From NCBI GenBank assembly GCA_012839185.1, contig DUNU01000022.1, positions 25,604-89,603 on the forward strand: a stretch of 64,000 nucleotides of DNA. The letters run 5' to 3'. This document shows positions 10,291 to 17,435 of this stretch, in pieces (position 1 is the stretch's first letter; every line of letters starts with the position of its first letter). Both the position numbers and the translations under genes were made by a program. The notes below the pieces were generated by a model. The model was given only the letters and a program-made list of their open reading frames with translations. It did no database searches and was not told where the DNA came from. Source of the DNA: Clostridiales bacterium. Its GTDB lineage: Bacteria; Bacillota; Clostridia; Oscillospirales; Acutalibacteraceae.

Positions 10291-10430
10291 AAGACGGCTT
10301 TGCCGCTTTTCAAATGTTTTATTTATAACGCCTATTTTCGCCCCTGTCGAAAATAGATGCGTAAAGGTTCAAGCCCTGCCGCGAAACATATTAACAAAAT
10401 AGGGATAGGTAAGTCCCTACCTCTATTTTT

Positions 10431-10515
10431 TGGTGCGGATAACAGGGCTTGAACCTGCACACCTCTCGGCACAAGATCCTAAATCTTGCGTGTCTGCCAA
10501 TTCCACCATATCCGC
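10431..10515 (-). tRNA. tRNA-Leu (anticodon UAG), CCA encoded
   Basis: I hand-folded the reverse complement GCGGATATGGTGGAATTGGCAGACACGCAAGATTTAGGATCTTGTGCCGAGAGGTGTGCAGGTTCAAGCCCTGTTATCCGCACCA. It gives a 7-bp acceptor stem, anticodon stem CAAGA/TCTTG with loop TT-TAG-GA, a long variable arm and T-loop TTCAAGC. Confidence 0.88.
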
Positions 10516-10527
10516 TTGTGTTTTGTG

Positions 10528-10556
10528 ATTATATCACACATCTGTGTGTTTTTCAA
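10528..10556 (-). promoter_or_regulatory. Sigma-A-type promoter for tRNA-Leu
   Basis: The minus strand reads TTGAAA-17 nt-TATAAT. The -10 element ends 12 nt upstream of the tRNA 5' end. Confidence 0.6.
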
Positions 10557-10655
10557 GCATTTTTTTGAAATTCAGCGAGTTTGGGAAAAATAATACTTGT
10601 ATTTATCGTGAAAGTATTGTATAATTAAATAGATTTTTATATTGGAGTTGAATTC

Positions 10656-12518
10656 ATGGAACCCATTAAAGTAGATTTTTCAAAAAGTGGAAGCAAGGGC
10701 AGTAAGAGTGCCTATATTGTTCCCGACAAATCCGGCCTTAAAATTGTTTTAAGCATCATTTTAACAATCGTAACCGCAGCGGTTGCATATTATTTTATGC
10801 TTCCTGCACTTAACTTTAAGTCCTACGATTTTTACATGTATGTCGCAATCATTTTAGGAGCTTATGTTATTTGGAACGGCTTGTTTGCGAGGGTGCTTAC
10901 TCGTCCTGAATATGTTCCCTATGTCAAACGCAGGGCATTGGTGCCGATTATTATTTTAGTGATATTCGCTGTTATTTTCGGCATCGGCTATCTCGTATCT
11001 GCTCCTTTTTTCAGAGCCAAATCATATAGCCAAATTATTGAAGTTGAAGAGTATGATCCCGAATCCGAAGATTCAAATAATGCGATAAACAAGATTACAA
11101 ATATTGATAAGCTTTCCGATTTCAATAAGATTGCTCTTATTGACGCAAGTGCAGCGGAAAGGCTCGCCGACAAGACCTTGGGTGCTCTTGCTGAATATAA
11201 CCTCGAATCACAGTTTGAAGTTCTCAATTATTACTCAACTCAGATTAACTATCAGAACTCCCCCTATCGTGTATTTCCGCTCAGATACGGCGATGTTTTC
11301 AAATGGCTTAAAAATCGTACGGACGGTACGGCAGGTTATATCACCGTCAATATGAACACTCAGGAATCTGAATTTGTCAAGACCGAAGAGGGGATAAAAT
11401 ACACTCCGGCAGAACACTTTGACCGTCATTTAAAACGTGTTGTACGCTTTAAATATCCCACATATCTTATCGGTAATATTTCATTTGAAATTGATGAACA
11501 GGGCAATCCTTATTGGCTTGTTCAGCATCTTGACAAGCGTGTCGGATTATTCGGCGGTGATGATGTTGTAGGCATCATTCTTGTTGATGCTTGCACAGGT
11601 GAATGTGTGGAATATACCATTGATGAAGTACATGCAGGAGAAGCTAATGACGGTACTTTCCTTGAATGGGTTGACTCGGTTTATGACGGAGACCTTCTCA
11701 TTCAGCAGTACGACTATAAGTACAAATATTCCAATGGTTTCATTAACTTTTATATCGGTCAGGAAGGTGTTAAACTCACAACCGCAGGTTATGCTTATCT
11801 TACTGACGGCAATGACGTATATATGTACACAGGTGTTACATCTGCAAATACAGACGAATCCATTTTAGGCTTCGCTCTCGTAAATCAGCGTACAAAGGAA
11901 GCATATTTCTACAGCGTGTCCGGTGCAACTGAAGCTGCTGCTCAGTTATCTGCTCAGGGTATCGTTTCCGACAAGGGCTGGATTGCAACTTTCCCGCTTC
12001 TCATCAACTTAAGGGCAACTGACGGCGACTATGTACCGACATATTTCATGGCACTTAAAGACAATAATAACGTTATTAAATCCTATGCAATGGTCAACGT
12101 CGCTCAGTATTCGGATGCTGTTCGTTCTCCCAGTGACGACAACCCCGATCTGAAGGCTTGCTTGCAGGCATATACCAACAAACTTGCTTCAAGAAGCACC
12201 CCCGTTAATATTACTGTAAGCATGACGGGATCTCTTAACACTCCCGCAGAAAATGAAGATGATTTGGGTGACAAAGCGATTGTTACCGGTCCTGTTACAG
12301 ACATTAAAGCGGTTATAATTGCAGGCAATACATATTTCTATGTAACCATTGACAGCAAGGTATATCGTATAGCCGCAACTATCGACAATGCTCTTATTTT
12401 CGCAACGGTCGGAGATTTTATATCTCTTGAATATGTTGAGTCCGATGACGAGATTATTGAGGCAATCGTTGTTCCGCATCCCGAAAATACGGTTGAAGAG
12501 CCGGTAACCACGAATTAA
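10656..12518 (+). CDS. Membrane protein of unknown function (three N-terminal TM helices plus a roughly 500-aa extracytoplasmic domain)
   Basis: 620-aa ORF with SD TGGAG and upstream TTGTAT-17-TATAAT. Hydrophobic segments are LKIVLSIILTIVTAAVAYYF, YMYVAIILGAYVIWNGLF and PIIILVIFAVIFGIGYLV. I recognise no catalytic motif. Confidence 0.7.
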   Translation: MEPIKVDFSKSGSKGSKSAYIVPDKSGLKIVLSIILTIVTAAVAYYFMLPALNFKSYDFYMYVAIILGAYVIWNGLFARVLTRPEYVPYVKRRALVPIIILVIFAVIFGIGYLVSAPFFRAKSYSQIIEVEEYDPESEDSNNAINKITNIDKLSDFNKIALIDASAAERLADKTLGALAEYNLESQFEVLNYYSTQINYQNSPYRVFPLRYGDVFKWLKNRTDGTAGYITVNMNTQESEFVKTEEGIKYTPAEHFDRHLKRVVRFKYPTYLIGNISFEIDEQGNPYWLVQHLDKRVGLFGGDDVVGIILVDACTGECVEYTIDEVHAGEANDGTFLEWVDSVYDGDLLIQQYDYKYKYSNGFINFYIGQEGVKLTTAGYAYLTDGNDVYMYTGVTSANTDESILGFALVNQRTKEAYFYSVSGATEAAAQLSAQGIVSDKGWIATFPLLINLRATDGDYVPTYFMALKDNNNVIKSYAMVNVAQYSDAVRSPSDDNPDLKACLQAYTNKLASRSTPVNITVSMTGSLNTPAENEDDLGDKAIVTGPVTDIKAVIIAGNTYFYVTIDSKVYRIAATIDNALIFATVGDFISLEYVESDDEIIEAIVVPHPENTVEEPVTTN

Positions 12519-12534
12519 ATATTTTATAAGAAAA

Positions 12535-12560
12535 GGTCAATTCCGGATTGACCTTTTTTT
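12535..12560 (+). terminator. Rho-independent terminator
   Basis: GGTCAAT-tccgg-ATTGACC followed by T7. Confidence 0.8.
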
Positions 12561-12609
12561 GTTTTAGTTGTGTTATGATAAAGTCACAAAAACGAAAGGA
12601 AGTAATATC

Positions 12610-13251
12610 ATGAAAACTAATTTAACAGAACTTGTATTTATTCTCGACAGAAGCGGCTCTATGAGCGGGCTTGAAAGCGACACCATCGGCGGCTTTAATT
12701 CTCTTATCGAAAAGCAAAAATCCGAAGACGGAGAATGCTTTGTAACCACCGTGCTTTTTGACCATGAAAATGAAATTGTTCATGACAGAATTGCTCTTTC
12801 CGAAATTTCTAAGATGACCGAAAAAGAGTATTACACCCGCGGTACGACTGCTCTGCTTGATGCCATGGGAACAACAATCAAGCACATCGAAAAAATTCAA
12901 AAGTATGCTCGCAAAGAAGACAGACCGCAAAAAACACTTTTTATTATCACCACCGACGGATATGAAAACGCAAGTCGGAAGTTTAGTTCAAAAGAAGTTA
13001 AAAAACTCGTCGAACAGAAAAAGGAAATCGGTTGGGAATTTCTGTTCTTGGGTGCAAATATTGATGCAGTTGAAACTGCTCATGATTTCGGTATAGCCGA
13101 AGATCGTGCCGTTACTTATCTTTCCGACAATATCGGTACCAAAACGATTTTTCAAAATCTTTCTTCCGCTGTTTCTTATTCTCGTGCCGGAAAGGATATT
13201 ACAAGAGAATGGAAGTCAGAGATTGAGGAAGACTATGAAAAACGCAAGTAG
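12610..13251 (+). CDS. von Willebrand factor A (vWA) domain protein, cytoplasmic
   Basis: MIDAS motif VFILDRSGSMSG, with downstream T (GTTALLDAMG) and D (IITTDGYEN) elements. The ATG at 12610 has SD GAAAGGAAG. The track ORF starts at TTG 12568. Confidence 0.8.
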   Translation: MKTNLTELVFILDRSGSMSGLESDTIGGFNSLIEKQKSEDGECFVTTVLFDHENEIVHDRIALSEISKMTEKEYYTRGTTALLDAMGTTIKHIEKIQKYARKEDRPQKTLFIITTDGYENASRKFSSKEVKKLVEQKKEIGWEFLFLGANIDAVETAHDFGIAEDRAVTYLSDNIGTKTIFQNLSSAVSYSRAGKDITREWKSEIEEDYEKRK

Positions 13252-13306
13252 TTTGATTTGCTTGTAAGTACAAAAAATAAAAAAGCAACTAAATTCTTAA
13301 AAAGTA

Positions 13307-13335
13307 TTGACAAAACAGAAAATACTTTTTACAAT
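13307..13335 (+). promoter_or_regulatory. Consensus-like sigma-A promoter upstream of the sigma-factor gene
   Basis: TTGACA-17 nt-TACAAT. Confidence 0.6.
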
Positions 13336-13341
13336 TACAGT

Positions 13342-13361
13342 GTATCAGGGAGTCCTGATAC
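13342..13361. promoter_or_regulatory. Perfect 8-4-8 palindrome at the predicted +1 (candidate operator)
   Basis: GTATCAGG-gagt-CCTGATAC starts 7 nt after the -10 hexamer. The flanking CAG/CTG extend the pairing. Confidence 0.4.
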
Positions 13362-13514
13362 GCTGTATTTGATTTGGAAAAACAATTCAAGTACAAGAGA
13401 AAGGAATTAAATAAAAATGAAAAAGAAAATATTATTGTCGAAATCAGTAAATTGATATATAAATAAATTACTGTTTATGGAAATGCAGGCATTCCGGGAG
13501 GGAATACGGGACAT

Positions 13515-14060
13515 ATGAATTTTGAAGAGAAAAGAAGAATAGAGAACGATTTATGGCAAGAACATGAGCCGTATATTCGCAAACTTTGTAAATATAAGTT
13601 AGAAAGCGTGCCTGATTGTATTGATGATTGCGTTCAGAATGTTTTTCTGGACTTATCAGAGGCTCTGAATCAAGGGAAAATAATTAAGTATCCGAAGGCT
13701 TGGCTGACTAAGGTTGCTAATAATGAGATTCGGGATATTTACAGCAAAGCGAAAAAAGATGCTGAAAAAATAATTTCTTTTGAATCTCAAAACTTCGATA
13801 ATGCAGATTTAGGAGTGGTATATGATGATCCGTTTTCTGTTGACGATGAGCAAATACTGATGTTAAAAGAAAAAGTACTCAATCGGCTCGATGAAAAAGA
13901 CCGTCAATTACTGAATGACAGATATGTTCTGAATAAAAGCATTGCAGAAATTGCCGAAGAGTATAACACAACTGAGAATAATATTTATCAAAAATTGTTC
14001 AGATTAAAGCAAAAAACGAAAATGATAATCGAAAAAGTCCTTAACGAAAAAAATTTATAA
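13515..14060 (+). CDS. ECF-type (sigma-70 family group 4) RNA polymerase sigma factor
   Basis: 181 aa. It has a region-2-like segment (DCVQNVFLDLSEAL..AWLTKVANNEIRDIY) and a region-4 HTH (LDEKDRQLLNDRYVLNKSIAEIAEEYNTTENNIYQKLFRLKQK). Confidence 0.85.
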   Translation: MNFEEKRRIENDLWQEHEPYIRKLCKYKLESVPDCIDDCVQNVFLDLSEALNQGKIIKYPKAWLTKVANNEIRDIYSKAKKDAEKIISFESQNFDNADLGVVYDDPFSVDDEQILMLKEKVLNRLDEKDRQLLNDRYVLNKSIAEIAEEYNTTENNIYQKLFRLKQKTKMIIEKVLNEKNL

Positions 14061-14064
14061 AAAA

Positions 14065-14100
14065 TTTTTGTAAGAAATGAGAATTATCAAGACTATATAT
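14065..14100 (+). promoter_or_regulatory. Promoter-like module copy 1: TTTTTGTAAGA-N11-TCAAGACTATATAT
   Basis: Repeated with the same 11-nt spacer length and a following G-rich SD at 15534..15569. Confidence 0.45.
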
Positions 14101-14118
14101 GTAGGGGGAGATAGAATT

Positions 14119-14946
14119 ATGATAAACGATAAAGATTTTTTACGCTTTATCAATGACAAGTCTCTTGACGGTTTAACAAAAGAAAGACTTAACACAATAA
14201 TTGATGAAGAGTTAAATAAGCCGGAAGAAGATATGGATACGGCACTTATAGAATATTGTTTAGATACAATAGAAACGCTTAACCAAAACGAACAGGGCGT
14301 TAAAGAAAAGAAAGGAAACGGTGATTCCAATGGTAGATTTATAAAATTCAGGTTAAAAAAGTTTATTGCAGTCGCTGCCGTTGTTGCAGTAATTCTTATA
14401 TGTACGGTTTCAGCATCTGCTGTCATTGACGGTATAAAACTATTTGGCGGTATCGTTGAAATTTATGAGAACGAAATTCGAATCAATTTTACTCAAAGAG
14501 ATGAACAAGCAGATGACTACCAACTTCTTAACACAGAACTTGCTAAAGAACTTGCTGACAAAGGTTTTGACAATGTTTTGTTGCCCGAAGCAATGTTTAG
14601 TGAGAACTTCGAAATCACAAAGAAAGCATATCAGGCTACTGAAGATAACGAAATAAAGCATGTGTCAATAGAGTTATTGATAAAAAAAGACATTGGCATC
14701 TTTATTAAAAAATATGCTGGCATCTTACATATGACCGAGTATAGCAGGGAAGAATATGTTTCTGATGGTCAATTTCCTTACGTAACAAGTGAAGTAAACA
14801 AAATAAAAGTCGGAAATACTACGGTGTATTATTTTGCACAAAACAAAAATACTACAATTACTTATAGAGACGGGTTGAGGATTTATTCTTTTCATATCCC
14901 GATAAGTTTAGATGAAGCATTGGAATTTGCGAAAACAATTAAATAG
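14119..14946 (+). CDS. Putative anti-sigma factor (single-pass membrane protein, DUF4367-like C-terminal domain)
   Basis: Lies immediately downstream of the sigma gene. It has a cytoplasmic N-terminal roughly 90 aa, TM segment FIAVAAVVAVILICTVSASAVI, and a C-terminus ending ..TITYRDGLRIYSFHIPISLDEALEFAKTIK, resembling DUF4367 as I recall it. The ATG at 14119 has SD GGGGGAG. Confidence 0.6.
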   Translation: MINDKDFLRFINDKSLDGLTKERLNTIIDEELNKPEEDMDTALIEYCLDTIETLNQNEQGVKEKKGNGDSNGRFIKFRLKKFIAVAAVVAVILICTVSASAVIDGIKLFGGIVEIYENEIRINFTQRDEQADDYQLLNTELAKELADKGFDNVLLPEAMFSENFEITKKAYQATEDNEIKHVSIELLIKKDIGIFIKKYAGILHMTEYSREEYVSDGQFPYVTSEVNKIKVGNTTVYYFAQNKNTTITYRDGLRIYSFHIPISLDEALEFAKTIK

Positions 14947-14957
14947 GAGTGTTTATA

Positions 14958-15470
14958 ATGAAAAAAATAATTTCGATATTTTTAATCGTACTATTGATGT
15001 TCAGTTTATTCTCAAATGTTGTTCTTGCTCAAGATTTTTATCGGACAAATTCATTTGTCAGCCAAGACGATATTATTGAAGAGGTGTATGGACTGTATAA
15101 TTCAAACAATTATAACGGTACCGGTTCAAGAGCAACAGGTCTGATAACAAAGAATCTTCTTAAATTGACCAAAACGACAAGCAGTTTGAAGATACAAGCA
15201 GAAACATTATGTTCAAGCGATGTTACAAAATGCGGTTTTACCTATGTAAAGTTACAAAGATTGATTAACGGAACATGGACTGATTATACAACTTATTGTT
15301 ATTACGATCAGTATTCTCAATCAAATGGCTTAGTATTTCTCAAAACGATTTATCCTCCTTCGGGTTATAGTTACCGTGTAATTTGCGAACATTATGCGGA
15401 AAAGCCGAAACTTATTTTCTTTAAGGAAACTCAAACGATTTACAATGCAACATCATCCTTGAGTTTCTGA
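14958..15470 (+). CDS. Secreted protein of unknown function
   Basis: Signal peptide MKKIISIFLIVLLMFSLFSNVVLAQD and SD AGGAG. The mature part has five Cys. No recognisable domain. Confidence 0.65.
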   Translation: MKKIISIFLIVLLMFSLFSNVVLAQDFYRTNSFVSQDDIIEEVYGLYNSNNYNGTGSRATGLITKNLLKLTKTTSSLKIQAETLCSSDVTKCGFTYVKLQRLINGTWTDYTTYCYYDQYSQSNGLVFLKTIYPPSGYSYRVICEHYAEKPKLIFFKETQTIYNATSSLSF

Positions 15471-15533
15471 TAAAGAATTAAAATTCTCGAATGAAAAAGT
15501 ATATTTTTATCAAATAAAAATTTTTTCAAAATA

Positions 15534-15569
15534 TTTTTGTAAGATTTCCGATTTTTCAAGACTATATAT
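15534..15569 (+). promoter_or_regulatory. Promoter-like module copy 2: TTTTTGTAAGA-N11-TCAAGACTATATAT
   Basis: Both conserved halves are identical to 14065..14100. It is followed by SD GAGGGAGG and a 9-codon orphan ORF (ATG 15593, MKGVSPMCN*), about 160 nt upstream of the ricin-metzincin gene. Confidence 0.45.
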
Positions 15570-15729
15570 ATGAGGGAGGAAAAAAATAAATTATGAAAGG
15601 CGTGAGTCCGATGTGCAATTAAAACTTTTCTCGAATTTTTCTGCTTTAATCGTAAGACTATTAAATTCAAAAATTAAGTTGTAGAAATTTAAGAGATTTT
15701 GCACACAATTAAGAAAGGAGGATGCAATA

Positions 15730-16692
15730 ATGAGAAAAGCTACAATTTGCGTAATTTTAGTTTTTATTCTTATATTTGTTTCGCCTACCTGTTTTGCATA
15801 CGGACCAACTGAGTTTGAACACGATCATCTGTATTATATACAAAACCAGAATTCAGGCAAGTATTTAACGGTGAATGGGAATAATATTGAGCAAAGATCG
15901 CTTTCTTACAACCAAAATCAGCGATTTTTTGTTCGCTTTATAAAGTCTTCAGATGGATTTGACTATTACTCTTTTATTCCCGACTGTTGCAAGGGGTATA
16001 AGATAGATGTAGAGAATGCTTGGGATATTAACGGTGCAAATATTGGTATATATGGTGATAATACTTACGTGCCTTCAGCACAAAACTTTAGGTTTATATT
16101 AAACAGCAATCTAAGATATCAAATTATGCCAGAAGTTAGCTCAACAAGAGTTTTTGACGTAGCGAATGCAAGCACTTTAGATGGAGCAAACATTGCCCTT
16201 TTTACACGCAGATCAATTAACGATAGTTTAGTAACAGCTCAACAATTTAAATTGTACACAGTTGAATTGAGTGTAATGTCTTATAATTGTGTTGATAGCT
16301 CAAAACATCTTGACTATAGTTGCGAAAGTATGTTTTCTGATTGTGCAGAATTTGCAAAAGATACTTGGAATGGATATAGAGCTGGTGTAGTCAGAAAGTA
16401 TATTCCTATTATAAGACCGAAAGATATAAGTATTATAGGCAAACAAACATTGCCTGCCGGTATTGCTGGAATAACTTACTTTGTAGAAAAGGAAATACAT
16501 ATTAGCATTGCTGTTTGGGATACGCTTACAGGTAATCAAAGAAATAATTTGGTGATTCATGAGATTGGTCATGCTTTAGGAATGGGGCATATTGATGATA
16601 CATCCAATGTTCTGTATTATGCAGTTAATTCAACAATTAGTTTAGAAAGTTCAAATCGGAGTTCTTATGATTTTGCTTATTCTCAATATTAA
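15730..16692 (+). CDS. Secreted ricin-type beta-trefoil lectin / metzincin zinc-metalloprotease fusion
   Basis: Signal peptide ..SPTCFA/YG. Three trefoil sub-repeats end in Q-x-F (NQRFF, QNFRF, QQFKL) with GKYLTV/GANIGIY/GANIALF cores. The C-terminal zinc site HEIGHALGMGH (HExxHxxGxxH) is at 16558..16590. Confidence 0.8.
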   Translation: MRKATICVILVFILIFVSPTCFAYGPTEFEHDHLYYIQNQNSGKYLTVNGNNIEQRSLSYNQNQRFFVRFIKSSDGFDYYSFIPDCCKGYKIDVENAWDINGANIGIYGDNTYVPSAQNFRFILNSNLRYQIMPEVSSTRVFDVANASTLDGANIALFTRRSINDSLVTAQQFKLYTVELSVMSYNCVDSSKHLDYSCESMFSDCAEFAKDTWNGYRAGVVRKYIPIIRPKDISIIGKQTLPAGIAGITYFVEKEIHISIAVWDTLTGNQRNNLVIHEIGHALGMGHIDDTSNVLYYAVNSTISLESSNRSSYDFAYSQY

Positions 16693-16708
16693 AATAGGAG
16701 TGATTAGT

Positions 16709-17365
16709 ATGAAAAAAGTTGGTATTGCCATTATTTCTGTGGTATTGATTTTAGGAATCACTTTGGGCAGTTTTGCTGTTTTAAGGCAAGTTAAAATTAA
16801 AAAATATTCAAAAGAAATATTCCCTATTCCCCAAAACATTGATCTGTTGGAAAAAGAAAAACTTGAAGCCTCATATCTTTTTGACACCGATGACAAGGAA
16901 TTGATGTCGGGAGCATCGCAGTATATAGTTATTGCATATCTCAATAAGATAACCGGAACGAGTTATAAAGATGTTGAAATAGTTAAAGGAGAAGCAAAGG
17001 GAACTCCGTTCACAAATTATACAATGAATATCGTAAAAAATATCAAGGGGAATCTTAAAATTGAAAATGATATTCCTGTCTTGCAGTATGGCGGAGTTTC
17101 CATAGATGGCAAGAAAATGGTTTTTCTTTATCCGTTGCTTGAAGAAAATACGCCTTATGTTCTTTACCTTGATGTCATTGATTCCGATCTTTGTCTGAAT
17201 AAAGCTTATGTCATTCCGGAAGTTGATAGTTTCGAAGAACTTAAGAATGTTTCAGAGACCGACACAAAAATTGATATTATTGAAGAGTGTATCCTTGCGT
17301 ATGAAAATGAGGATCCTAAGTATGCAACTCGAAAAAATGGAAAAAGCCCCTATGATTTAGGTTAA
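16709..17365 (+). CDS. Membrane-anchored or secreted protein of unknown function
   Basis: SD AGGAG and N-terminal hydrophobic segment VGIAIISVVLILGITLGSFAVL. The gene is 16 nt after the metalloprotease stop. Confidence 0.6.
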   Translation: MKKVGIAIISVVLILGITLGSFAVLRQVKIKKYSKEIFPIPQNIDLLEKEKLEASYLFDTDDKELMSGASQYIVIAYLNKITGTSYKDVEIVKGEAKGTPFTNYTMNIVKNIKGNLKIENDIPVLQYGGVSIDGKKMVFLYPLLEENTPYVLYLDVIDSDLCLNKAYVIPEVDSFEELKNVSETDTKIDIIEECILAYENEDPKYATRKNGKSPYDLG

Positions 17366-17435
17366 TGTTTAAGCTGATAGCATATAATGTAACTATGCTG
17401 ATGTAAACATAAATGACTATGGGTAGGTATTTATC

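Noticed and set aside
10340-10385. Possible plus-strand tRNA ending at ggttcaagccctgccgcga
   Set aside because: Only the T-arm half is present. I could form no acceptor stem, D-arm or anticodon arm on either strand. I treated it as an inverted fragment of the tRNA-Leu T-arm.
14055-14426. 123-aa minus-strand ORF opposite the anti-sigma gene
   Set aside because: It is antisense to a gene with a good SD and conserved position. Its translation is low-complexity (I/S/F-rich) and reflects AT-rich antisense sequence.
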